A stretch of 64,000 nucleotides of DNA from Azolla caroliniana. Taxonomy: Eukaryota; Plantae; Polypodiophyta. Below are positions 1-12,113 of the stretch, one piece after another. Each line of letters starts with the position of its first letter. Position 1 is the stretch's first letter. The stretch covers positions 20,956,001 to 21,020,000 of the forward strand of contig JBHGNT010000005.1 of the NCBI GenBank assembly GCA_043228905.1, read 5' to 3'. Under the pieces are notes generated by a model. The model made no database searches. It was not told the origin of the DNA and saw nothing but the letters and a program-made list of their open reading frames with translations. Position numbers and translations under genes: made by a program.

Positions 1-1885
1 AGGATTTTTAAACTCAATTGCCATTGACGGTGAACAATTCACTAGGAAACATGTTGTGGAAACTACTTCAGCCCAAAAGTGTTTGGACAACCCAGCATTG
101 GAAAGCAGACAACGAGCCATTTCCAAAAGAGTTCTGTTCATGCGCTCAGCTATGCCATTCTGCTGCGGTGTTTTAACTACTGTGCGATGTCTGGAAATTC
201 CTTCAGCCTCGCAAAACCTATTAAAATCTCCTCCGTAGAATTCCAAACCATTATCAGTTCGAAGTCTTCTAATCTACTTTCCCGTTTGCTTCTTGATCAG
301 AATTTTCCACTTCTTAAAAGTATCAAACACATAACTTTTGTGTTTAAGAAAATAGACCCAGACTTTTCTTGAAAAATCATCAATAAAAGTCAAAAGATAT
401 CAAGCTCCTACTTTTGATGGAACTGGTGTTGGTCCCCACAAATTAGAGTGAATATAATCCAAAGAACCTCTAGTCTTATGGATTCCAGTGCCAAAGCTGA
501 GTCTCTTCTGCTTTCCAAATACACAGTGCTCACAAAAATCCATCTTTCCCGTACTTTGGCCACAAAGTAGTCCTCGTTTGCTCAATAAGGTTAAACCTTT
601 TTCGCTCATATGCCCGAGCCTCATGTGCCATAACTTCGTAACATCAGAATCTGACATAGACGATGAAGAAACTGCTACAGAAGCCGTCACTGTCGAGCCA
701 TGTAATACGTAAAAGCTTCCTATTTTTCTAGCCTTCATCACAACCAACGCACCTTTGCTAACTTTTAATACTCCACCTTCAGTTAAGAACTTGCACCCGT
801 TGGCGTCAAGGGTGCCCAATGAGATGAGATTCTTCTTCAAATCAGGAACATGCCTCACATCAGTCAATGTTTTGACAATCCCATCAGCCATCTGGATCCG
901 TACTGTTCCTATTCCAATAGTTTTGCATGGAGCATTATTCCCCATCAAAACTACTCCTCCATCAATTGACTGGTATGATGAAAACCAATCCTGATTGGGA
1001 CACATATGATAAGAACAACCAATATCCATAATCCACTCATTATTTAGCTTTATTGACTTTTCCGTCACAAGGAGCACATCAACATCGCCTCCCACTTTAG
1101 CAACAATAGCTTTACCTGCATCCTCATTTCTATCTTGTGGAGTATTCTTTTTTCTCTACAACTTATCACAATTCTTGCGAATGTGGCCTGGTTCCTTATA
1201 GTGCCAACACAGAACAGATCTACTTTTGGATTTAGATCTAGATTTAGGCCTATCTCTATTGTTCCCTTTTTGTTTAGATCTACCTCTTACATATGAACTG
1301 TGCTTGACTATCACTAGTTTGTCTAGTGATATCATGATCAATATTTTCTTTAGTTTCCAAAGAAAATTTAACATCTTTTTGAGAAATAGTATTTTTCCCA
1401 TACAACATAGTTTCTCTAAAATGTCTATATGAATGGGGTAATGAACATAACAACAACAATGCCTTATCTTCATCATCAATAGTAACATCGAGATTTTGGA
1501 AATCCATGATAATAGATTCAAACTCATCAATATGAAAACTGAGAGATGTACCTTCACTCATCCGTAGTGAATACAAGCGTTGTTTCTTATAAAGCTTGTT
1601 CGTCAGAGTCTTTTTCAGATAAAGAGACTCCAATTTTTCCCATAGTGCCTTCGTTGTCTTCTCAGACATTACCTCCCGCAAAACTTCATTTGCCAAAGAC
1701 AGTTGAATCGTTGAGTGGGCCTTCTCGTCTATATCCTCCCACTTGGTGTCCGTCATACCGTCGGGCCTTACATCTAAAGCCTTCTGAACTCCGTTCTGCA
1801 CAAGGATCACGCACATCCTTACTTACCAAAGAGAGAAGTTGATTTTTCGATCAAACTTCTCGACATCAAATTTTGTTGTTGACAT
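1..1885 (-). pseudogene. copia gag-pol fragment (gag, zinc knuckle, protease, GAG-pre-integrase, integrase)
   Basis: MSTTKFDVEKFD start; KAHSTIQLSLA gag; CWHYKEPGHIRKNC knuckle; [13 protein letters not shown] protease; [10 protein letters not shown] and CEHC integrase zinc motif. Contains stops and frameshifts. Confidence 0.9.
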
Positions 1886-2617
1886 CTTGACTTCACAAGA
1901 AAATACCAAAACTAATGTACTAACAACCAAGGCTCTAATACCAATTTGTTAGGATGACACTCAGATCAAATAGTACATTAGATTAATTAGAAAACAATAA
2001 TATGATAATATAGGAGCGGAGAAATAAATGACACGAGTATTTACATGGTTCGGCTAAATTAGCCTATGTCCACGGAAAGGAGAGTGATTCCACTATAAGA
2101 AAATGTAACAGAGAGTTTACAACTGTCATGATATGGCAAGACTCGAACCCATGACCTCATGGTATATGGGTCAAGCTCTTAACCATCACACCATCTATTG
2201 TAATTCATAAGATATTATTTTCATTTATGTTTTATTATAAGAAAGTAATGTATATTCCAGATTTCTCTGGAACATTCTAGAAGTTTCAGGATTACTCCTG
2301 ACAACACTATAAAAGAAGGCACTAGGCATTATGTTGAACCAAATTGGTTCAACGCCAGTCTTAAGCCTCTCAACCGCTTTGTACTTATCTTTCCACATAA
2401 TATATTAGTTGTTGTCATCATCTTTCTCTCTCTCTCGTCCTCGCTATCTCTCTCTCTCTCCTCTTCTCATTTCCTCTCTCGGGAATCGTACGCAATCCCG
2501 TCCTCTTAGTACTAATAGTACTGCTCTTCTTAGTACTAATTCCATCTCTGCTTTAGTACTATTTCTGACAGTTTGAACCAATTTTCTCCCTCATCCTCCT
2601 ACCCTTTTCCCTATACT

Positions 2618-3775
2618 ATGGCTACTGTTAGCGCCCAAGAATATCAATCCGTTTTCTCCGAGTTACAGTGCCTAAAAGAAAAGTTTGTTGCCCTGGAACA
2701 AGAAAACCAACGGTTGATAGGGGATCTACAACAAATCGCTCTCGAAAAACAACAAACGCAACAACAACATGGGGAGTTAGCATTACGGGTACAACAACTC
2801 GAAGCAGCGTTGCAACAACAAGGATCAAGTTCCCAAGGATTTCATAAAGAGCCCAAGATTGGACTTCCTGTGAAATTTGATGGAACGCGATCGCAATTCC
2901 GGGGATTCCTTAATCAGGTACGCTTAGTCATCCAGATGCATCCTTCCCGATATCCCACTAATGCATCTCGAGTCGGCCTAATAGGCACGTTACTTAGCGG
3001 CTCAGCCTTGGCATGGTTCGCTCCGCTTTTAGAAAACAAATCACCCTTGATTAATAACTTTGAAGATTTTATTGGTGAGTTTAAAGCCTGTTTTGGAGAT
3101 ACTGACAGCATCAGGACGCCGATCAACAAGATCCGAAGATTGCGTCAAGGCGATCGCCCAGCCTCTGCCTACGCGGCGGATTTCCGTCTACTCGCCTCAG
3201 ATATTCCCTAGGATGATCAGGCCCTCATGGAGCAGTTTTGCTACGGCTTGCGCAATGATGTCAAAGATCTGCTTTTAACCTTCCCCGAAGAACCAAAGTC
3301 TCTTACGGAGGCAATCAGTCGAGCGGTCCGATGCGACAACCGCCTTTTCGAACGACGTTCGGAGCGTCAGTTACAAATACCACGCTCTCAGCCGGAACCC
3401 ACATACGCCTCAGTCACGGTTAAACCGTTTGCACGCGATGTACCTTAAGCCAATATTCCGACACCGATGGAGATCGACACCATGCGTCGACGCGGCCCGT
3501 TATCGGAAGAAGAAAAGCAACGACGACGTGCCAATCGATTATGCCTTTATTGCGGTGGACCAAGGCATATCGCAATCAATTGTCCCCATAGGCCAAGAAG
3601 ACAGGTAAATCAAATCGTCGCCTGTACTAAACCCGAGTCAATTCTTCCCTTCGGAGTGTCTGATAGTATTAATAGTACTAATAGAGTGTCAGATAGTATT
3701 CATAGTACTAATAGCCTAAGTATCTCAAACAAATTTGAAATCCTTAGTCAATTAGATGAAGAGTTAAACGATTGA
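2618..3775 (+). pseudogene. gypsy gag with in-frame stops
   Basis: PVKFDGTRSQFRGFLNQ, PMEID, CLYCGGPRHIAINC zinc knuckle; stops at 3209 and 3446. Confidence 0.9.
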
Positions 3776-6700
3776 GTCCAGCCAAAATAGGAGCCGTTTG
3801 GTTGGACAGCAGCCCTAGATCTGTACAGCCCATTAGTGGTTCCATTCCTTCCAAGCAAGTTAGCAATGTGTTCCTAGCCCAAGTCATTGTTAGTATTAAA
3901 AGTACTCCCCCAGTACCCGTCCTAGCACTCTTAGATTCCGGAGCTAATTCCTATTTCATGGATCGAAATTTTGCCCAAGCTTCTCATATATCCCTAAGAA
4001 AACTTCCTTGTCCCGCATCTGTAGTAGTCATTGATGGTCGTCCCATTGCTTCCGGGAATATTGTAGAAGAATCAGAACCCATTCAAGTTGTCCTAGGTAG
4101 TTTTGTGTGTGTAATATCATTTAATATAATTAGTAGTCCAGAGCATCCCATTGTCCTAGGATTACCTTGGTTTGAATTATATAATCCAGCCATAGATTGG
4201 AGAACAAGAGAAGTCCGATATCGACCACCCCAAGAATCTACTCACCGAGTTTCGACCATTTCACTCCATCAATTACGCAAAGAAGGACACAAGGAGGCAA
4301 TGTTCCTATTTGCAATATTAGTACATCCTTCCAGCACTATTAAGGAGTCCTCAGTACAACTTCCGGCAAAATATCATCCTTATGCCGATGTATTTGACAA
4401 GGTAAAAGCCGGTACCCGTCCTCATCACCGTCCCTATGACTGTCCCATCGATTTACAACCAGGAACCGAGCCACCATGGGGACCAATTTACAACTTGTCA
4501 CCCACCGAGTTAGAAGTCCTTCGAGCCTACATAGAGGAGAACTTGGCAAGCGGGTTCATCCGTCATTCGAAATCTCCGGCCGGTGCACCCATCTTCTTTG
4601 TCAAGAAGAAAGATGGCTCACTTCGTCTCGTCGTTGATTACCGCGGATTGAATAAGGTCACCATCCGGAATAGGTATGCACTTCCTCTTATATCAAGTCT
4701 TTTAGAGCGAGTTAATGGTGCCAAGTTTTTTACCAAAATTGATCTACGAGGAGCGTATAACCTCGTGCGGATCCGACCGGGAGATGAATGGAAGACCGCC
4801 TTTCGCACGCGGTATGGGCATTTCGAGTATACTGTTATGCCGTTCGGCCTAACCAATGCACCCACAGTCTTCCAACACATAGCAAATGATATATTCAGAG
4901 ACCTCTTGGATATCTGTTTGATCATCTATCTTGATGATCTATTGATTTATTCGAAGACCTAGCAAGAGCACGATTCTCATGTACTATTAGTACTAAAGTG
5001 ACTCCGCGAGAATGGTCTTTATGCCAAGCTAGAAAAATGTAGCTTTGACTGCAAGCAAGTGGAATTTCTAGGCTACGTCATCTCCTCAAAGGGCATCGCC
5101 ATGGATCCAGCTAAAGTCCAAACTGTACTAGAGTGGCAAATTCCACGATCGGTACGAGATGTACAATGTTTTCTAGGTTTTGCTAACTTCTACCATAAGT
5201 TTATACAGGATTACTCGAAGATTATCTTACCCCTCACACAACTTACGAAGAAGGGCCAAGCATTTCTTTGGTCCATTGAAGCAGATATGGCTTTTCGGCA
5301 TCTTAAGAAAGCCTTTACATCAGCACCGATTCTAGCTCATGTGGATACTAGCAAACCATTCATCATGGAGGCCGATGCTTCAGATTTTACCCTTGGTAGC
5401 ATCCTTTCTCAACAAGGAGATAAAGAAGAGTTGCATCCGGTGGCTTTCCATTCGCGCAAATTCGATGTTGCGGAAATCAACTACGAAATACATGACAAGG
5501 AGTTATTAGCCATCGTGGATTCATTTGTGCAATGGCGGCATTTCTTAGAGGGCTCTCCACATCAAGTTGTTGTCTTTAGTGATCATAAAAATCTTGCTTA
5601 TTTCCAGAACGCTCGCGTACTAAATCGACGGCAAGCTCGGTGGGCGCAATTCCTCACGCGTTTCGACTTCAAAATCACATATCGACCGGGGAAGTAGCAA
5701 GGAAAAGCAGATGCACTATCACGGCGTTCATATTTTGCACCTCGTCCTGGTGATCCAACACTTGGTAATCAAAAGCAAGTAATCTTGGGACTAACACGAT
5801 TGCACACGACGCGGATTTTTCACACCCCAATGGATTCACAGATTACCGATGACATACGTGCAAACTTGAAGATGGATAGTTTTGCTCAAGACATCCTGGC
5901 GCACATTGATACTTCTCGAGCATCCTGTTCTCAGTCTCAACAACCAGGTATTGACTACCGACAATTCGAATATCATGATGGTTTGTTATTCTTTAAAAAG
6001 CGCGTATATGTCCCCGATTGCTCCTGTCGCCTTCCAATCGTCCAGCATTGTCCCGACACCCATACGGCGGGACATTTCGGTAGTACCAAGACGTTGGAGC
6101 TAGTGCAGCGATCTTTTTGGTGGCCTCACATGCGCCGTTTTGTCGATGACTACGTTCGGACCTGTGATGCTTGCTGCCGAGCAAAGATGCCACGACACCA
6201 TCCACTTGGCTTGTTGGAACCCTTACCGATTCCAAGTAAGTCGTGGCAGTCTATTTGTCTTGATTTTATCACAGATCTGCCGTTCTCGCAGGGGTTTGAT
6301 GCTATCTTAACCGTCGTCGATCGATATACGAAGATGGCACATTTTGTTCCATGTACTAAGTCCATCACTAGCGAGGAAACCGCCGCCCTAGTCATGCGTG
6401 AGGTATTTCGGCATCATGGCCTCCTAGACAGTATCATCAGTGACCGAGGACTGCAATTTGTCTCCAAATTTTGGCAGCATCTCTTCAAGATGCTCAAGGT
6501 CTCTTGCAACCTCTCCTCCGGCTACCATCCTCAGACCGATGGGCAGGCAGAACGAACAAACCAAACGCTGGAGCAATATCTCCGGTGTTTCCTGAGTTAT
6601 CAACAGGACGATTGGGCCGAGATTCTTCACTTTACGGAGTTTGCGTATAATAATGTTGTTCACTCCTCGACTCGAGTCTCCCCATTCTACGCTTATACCG

Positions 6701-7343
6701 GTTCTCATCCTCGTTGGTCGGTGATCGACACCCCAGAGCTACCTACCAATCCTCGTGTCGGGGCTCATTTGGAGAGACTACGCAAGATCCAGACAGATCT
6801 CTCGACTCATCTTCGTCATGCTCAACAGACACAGAAGACTTATGTGGATCGTCATCGGCTTCACTCCTCTTTCGCCATTGGAGATCGAGTATGGCTCTTA
6901 CGTCGTCACATCAAGACTACTCGACCGTGCGACAAGTTGGATTATCGACGACTCGATCCTTTCCGTATTACGGGTAAAGTTAATGATGTCACATTCCGCC
7001 TTGATCTCCCTCCGCAGCTTTAGATACATCTGGTTTTCCATTGTTCTCTTCTTGAACCTTATAAAGCAAAAACACCATTCCCGATCGTGTTACACCACCG
7101 CCGCCCCCGCTGCAGTTGGACGCCGGCCCGGAGTATGAAGTTGCAGCCATCCTCGATTCCAAACTTATTCGCAACAAACTTTATTATTTGGTCGATTGGG
7201 TTGGTTATAGTCCGAGCGAACGCACTTGGGAACCCGTCCAGCATGTTGCCAATGCTCAGGATCTGCTTGCTGATTTCCACCGAAAGTATCCAGACAAACC
7301 CGGTCCGCAATCAACGCCGACTTGTTCCACTCGTCGTCTTTAA
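3772..7343 (+). pseudogene. gypsy pol (protease, RT, RNase H, integrase, chromodomain) with stops/frameshift
   Basis: LLDSGA protease; YLDD RT; EADASD and [11 protein letters not shown] RNase H; integrase H-H-C-C and GYHPQTDGQAER; chromodomain EYEVAAILDS...YLVDWVGY...TWEP at 7116-7343. Confidence 0.93.
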
Positions 7344-7674
7344 GGGAGAGATAGTGTCATGATATGGCAAGATTCGAACCCATGACCTTATGGTATATGG
7401 GTCGAGCTCTTAACCATCACACCATCTATTGTAATTCATAGGATATTATTTTCATTTATGTTTTATTATAAGAAAGTAATGTATATTCCAGATTTCTCTG
7501 GAACATTCTAGAAGTTTCAGGATTACTCCTGACAACACTATAAAAGAAGGCACTAGGCATTATGTTGAACCAAATTGGTTCAACGCCAGTCTTAAGCCTC
7601 TCAACCGCTTTGTACTTATCTTTCCACATAATATATTAGCTGCTGTCATCATCTTTCTCTCTCTCTCATCCTCG

Positions 7675-7710
<36 letters not shown>

Positions 7711-9012
7711 CTCATTTCCTCTCTCGGGAATCTTACGCAATCCCGTCCTCTTAGTACTAATAGTACTGCTCTTCTTAGTACTAATTCCATCTTTACTTTA
7801 GTACTATTCTTGACAACAATAATTAGAGAAATTATTCTCTAATTAAACCCAACACCCAAGAGAATAACCTCACAATTCTCTCATAAGAATTCTCTAAAAT
7901 GGTGTTTCCCAACTCTCTATTTCTCTCAAATCTCACAAGCCTACAACTCTTGGTGGTCATGCCTTTTAAATGACTGAGGCTGCCTTTATATATATAGCCC
8001 TCACTTCACTAACTTTTGCATGATAATGATGCATGCATGGGCCTTTATATATACTTCATGCAGATGAGAGACGTGGCTTTTCATAAACCACAAAAATTAA
8101 TTGAAGTCATTTAACATCATGCTTGTCATTCGAATTGATCTATCGGTTGGGGGCGAGTTAATCTTAGTGTTAACCCAAAGTTCGTTGTAACTTCATTATA
8201 TATAGGATGAACAATGGAATTCTTTTTAATTTTTCACTCCACTTCTTTGGGATTTGTTATAGGTCATTATGGCTAGAGCCATTGTAATGTTTTCAGCTTA
8301 ATGATTTTGTCATGTATACAGAACTTCTACTAATGAAGAAGAAAAGCTTTTTGAAAAAAAATAAGTTCTTTGTAACTTAGTCTTTGGTCGTGTGGATCCC
8401 GACAGCGATCCACAGTTCATTGTAAGGTTATGCATGATGGTGTTTTTTGTTTAGGAATGGAAGGTAGCTACTAGCAACAATTACACACAAAAAAGAAAAC
8501 ACAGAAGAAAGCAAATAATATGCTAGTTTTAACTATGATCATATCTTACCTTGCTTTGGTGATAGTAATCTTGACAAGTTGAATTGCCATGAATGCATAC
8601 CCTTAGAATCTAGTCATATCCGAAGGTTAAAATACTTTAAATGTCCTGTCTCTAGAATGACTCTATTCTATGTGAAGCTTTCTTGCATTGCATTACATGG
8701 TCCTCCTTTTACTTCCTTTGGCTTTCTGATGATTATTAATTTGGAGACCACTATAGGGATGGCAAGTTAGGTGCCGATCTCTCCGACAATCATCTTCGGA
8801 TGCTGTGTAAAAGCTTCGCTACGATAACTTGGGTTGGGTAAGAGCTAGTACCAATCTCAAGCTTGCCAATAATATTGTTGACATTGTGTCAATGTTCCAT
8901 CCCTCGGGCAGTGTAGGTAGGACTTCCTTTATGTTCTGGTCCGAAAAGTAGAATGCGATCGATTGCTCATTGCAGCTCTCAACAACTCCGATCGCTTGGC
9001 TATCCAAGTATA

Positions 9013-9345
9013 GACATACATACATACATACATACATACATGCATGCATGCATGCATACATACATACATACATACATACATAGAGAGAGCGAGAGAGATG
9101 AAATGGAAATGTGGTGTCATATTGAACAAGGTGAAAGAGAGGTGAAATGGAAACGTGGTATCATTGGAAGATGGTGAAAGAGAGATGAAATGGAAACGTG
9201 GTATCATTGCAAGAGGGTGAAAGAGAGATGTAATGGAAATGTGGTATCATATTTAAGAGGCTGAAAGAGAGATGAAATGGAAAATTTGTGGTATCATATT
9301 TAAGAGGGTGAAAGAGAGATGAAATGGAAAATGTGATATCAAGAC
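9013..9345. repeat. (TACA)n microsatellite followed by a ~44-bp minisatellite
   Basis: TACA/TGCA run at 9013-9082, then ~6 copies of GAGAGATGAAATGGAAATGTGGTATCAT...GGTGAAA. Confidence 0.85.
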
Positions 9346-10520
9346 AGAGACATTATTAAGGTGTGTCATCCAGTAAATTAACATGAACATTGGTAGTGTC
9401 ATCTAATATATTTTGTGCAATAGTGATCAGATATGAACCCCAATGTCCTGGCTAATGAAAATATGGCTTGCCATTAGGGTATAGAACCAATACCAAAATT
9501 TTGTGTGTGTGCATCTCCCACCAGTGATGTGATGCATTGGCAAAAAATTTGCATCATTAAAAAACATGTGTTTTTGTTTGAATGTTTCTAATCTTTACAT
9601 GTCGGGAAACAATCTTGATGGGTTTTCACTGCATTACATCGTTGGACACAATAATGTAATGCAATGCTAAAATAAATTGTGTCGGACAAATGATAATACC
9701 CCTAACTTTGAGAGAAGTGGCTCTCTCCTATTGAAGGATTAGGATTCAGCTTGAACCAGGGCTGGGGATCATTTATTAAAAGCACAAGACTATAGAAAGT
9801 GATAAAATGGTGTAATCTACTTGGTATCTGGGATGTAACACCAATCACTATCACAATACACCACCAGTTCAAACCTTTATCTTAATGAGGTCAGGTTGTG
9901 CCGAAAGACACGAATTGTGAGAGGGTCACACCACATCCTCAACGAATAGAGGTGGAATTTGCTTGGTGACACATGATGATGGGGAACATATCATCACAAA
10001 TCATGAAAAATAATCATGTGTGACCACATCTCAATCATGAAACATAAGCGAAACGAGGTGTAATGGATGTTGACAAATGCCGTGGGAGACTTAAATCACA
10101 TACACCCTTATAGTAGTATATGGTGTTTCATGCTCTATAGAAGCATATTCCGAATGTATGCTCTTAGATTAGTACAAATCCATAAAAAACTAGCAATGCT
10201 ATCATGTCTATGTGTGCTTATACACAACCAAAAAACTGTTAAAAGATCGTCTAGGATGTATAGTCAAGTTTTCGAAACATTAGATACTAATCGAAGTTGC
10301 CATTATGATCAAAGATGAATTCAGAATGAATGGCTACAAAGTGCATATGATTGCCTTCTTTACCTTTGTTTCGAGGACATGCCTTCATTTTGCAAAGGAA
10401 ATTAAAATGGAAAAGTAGATTATTTAACAAACAAGAACTGACTTTTTTCTTTCACTGTCAAGGGAAAAGAGAAACTTAGATTAGCTGAGATAATGGGGTG
10501 TTGTTAATTAGGTTATACTG

Positions 10521-12113
10521 TTATGATTGTCTTGAGAGCAACACCTTGCACTTCACTATTTCAAAGCTATGATCAAAGAAGAAACCTGGCATGACCATAA
10601 CAGAGATTAGAGGATCCAACACATTCCCACAACTAACCACCTTCCTAGCTTTCATACTAGTGGCTTCAATAACTAGCAGATCCTCCATGTATCGAGGATC
10701 GAACCGAGATTGCTCGCCCACCCTGAAGATAGTGGCCGGGTGCTCGAAAGAGAAGGCCAACAAATGCAAGAGCCAAACCCACTTGGCCGCGATAAAGAAC
10801 GACCTTGCGAGCTCGTCAGACCATGATCCAACTCCCCGATCCAACACTTCCTCCACTCTATTCATCTTTTGATCACAGAAGGCATCGAAATCCTCGCTAT
10901 ACGCGTTCGAATCTCGGTGTACCAACTCCGTACACCTCATATGTAAGATTGTTACATATGCTTTAAAGAACGCATTGGGTCGCTTCCTCGGGTCTAGGAC
11001 GTGATCGTGGGTTCCATTCCTTTGGAACTTAATGTTCTCAAAGTGTTCATAGAAGGCTTGATTTATTAGAGCCTCGAGTTGATACCTCACGCTCTTCGAC
11101 ACTCCAGGAGATACTTTGATGCTTTCTATGTTTTCGATCGTCGAGGTTCCGGCTCGGACCTCGTGGAGAAACATCCGGCAGAAGTGCTTCACTCCCAATT
11201 GGGCCTCTAAAACAGCACGGTGAAATTCCTCCTTCGACGGGCCAATATGTGATAATGAGGGCTTGGGCGGTCTCATCTTTAATGTGTGAAAATGCTCTAA
11301 TCCAGCCGCCATTGTCGCCAGCGCATCGTCCGTATTCGGGGTCGTGTTCACACTACGATGCCCGTGTCCGAGCTGTTGTCGAAGTTGTTGCGAGTGTTCA
11401 TGAAGGTTTTCGAGTTTCTGATTCATCTCTAGGATGGCCTTCTTCAGCACAAGCACTTCAAAACCCGATCCATCGGCCTTCTTAAAATCTCCGCCTCGAC
11501 GAGATTCATCGTGTTTCATCCGATTTACATGATCCATGGGCACCACATTTTGTCGGGCACCATCGTCGATCGCATTTATGCTGCCTTCTCGTGCCACACT
11601 ATCCGAATCGAGCTTTTTATTGTGCTTGAACCATGACATGATTTTGTTACTTAATCCCGATTTGTGCTTTTCGGGAGAATTGTCATACTGCAAAGAAGAT
11701 CGATGGAAAATTTTCGATGGAATTTCTTTCGATCCTCGGGCCCTTTGATCCTGATCTCTCGGCTGGCACTGATTTTTAGCTAATCCATTTGAGTTGCCCC
11801 TGAGCAAATTATGGCAAGGAAGCATTGTGTTTGCATTTGCATTTTTAATTTTCTGTGTCTTCGGGGATCTACTAATGTCAGAGCTCTTATGATAATTTTG
11901 CCGATAATTATGATGATGATGATGATGATTTTTTTTGTGTTGGATCATATAATTCTCTGCAGGTGAAGCTGTATATTTTGATTTTGGGCTTATATCGCGT
12001 AGAGTTCTGTTCATGATCTTGTCTTCTATCAATCCTTCTGCTAATGAAATGTCAAATTTGCCATTATTTTGCTGCATATTATCCTCACAGAAAAGTTCCT
12101 TGCAAGGCTGCAT
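10521..12113 (-). CDS. IRK-interacting protein-like (IRKI/GIL1-type C-terminal domain); main exon, possibly with upstream exon(s)
   Basis: Intact 530-aa ORF with a coiled coil, then LEALINQAFYEHFEN, FDAFCDQKM, FFIAAKWVWLLHLLAFSF, FDPRYMED, VMVMPGF and VKCKVL. The ORF-start ATGCAG could instead be a splice acceptor. Confidence 0.82.
   Translation of the reverse strand: MQPCKELFCEDNMQQNNGKFDISLAEGLIEDKIMNRTLRDISPKSKYTASPAENYMIQHKKNHHHHHHNYRQNYHKSSDISRSPKTQKIKNANANTMLPCHNLLRGNSNGLAKNQCQPRDQDQRARGSKEIPSKIFHRSSLQYDNSPEKHKSGLSNKIMSWFKHNKKLDSDSVAREGSINAIDDGARQNVVPMDHVNRMKHDESRRGGDFKKADGSGFEVLVLKKAILEMNQKLENLHEHSQQLRQQLGHGHRSVNTTPNTDDALATMAAGLEHFHTLKMRPPKPSLSHIGPSKEEFHRAVLEAQLGVKHFCRMFLHEVRAGTSTIENIESIKVSPGVSKSVRYQLEALINQAFYEHFENIKFQRNGTHDHVLDPRKRPNAFFKAYVTILHMRCTELVHRDSNAYSEDFDAFCDQKMNRVEEVLDRGVGSWSDELARSFFIAAKWVWLLHLLAFSFEHPATIFRVGEQSRFDPRYMEDLLVIEATSMKARKVVSCGNVLDPLISVMVMPGFFFDHSFEIVKCKVLLSRQS

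Larger units (their letters stand above)
2124..7815 (+). mobile_element. Full-length Ty3/gypsy chromovirus (Tcn1-like), copy 1
   Basis: LTRs 2124-2570 and 7355-7815 (TGTCA...TGACA), roughly a dozen substitutions apart by eye. TSD ACAAC/ACAAT. PPT AAGGGAGAGATAG at 7342-7354. Order gag-PR-RT-RH-INT-chromodomain. Confidence 0.95.
1..8116 (-). mobile_element. Ty1/copia LTR retrotransposon (Tnt1/Tork-like), 5' part, degenerate; its 5' LTR is interrupted by a gypsy insertion
   Basis: Gag-protease-integrase on the minus strand (1885 down to 1). tRNA-Met PBS TGGTATTAGAGCC at 1931-1943. LTR with TGTTA...TAACA ends at 1947-2123 plus 7821-8116; TATA near 7985-7997. Confidence 0.88.

Noticed and set aside
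8760-9010. Coding-like minus-strand fragment next to the TACA repeat
   Set aside because: The start is created by the microsatellite and there is no recognisable family.
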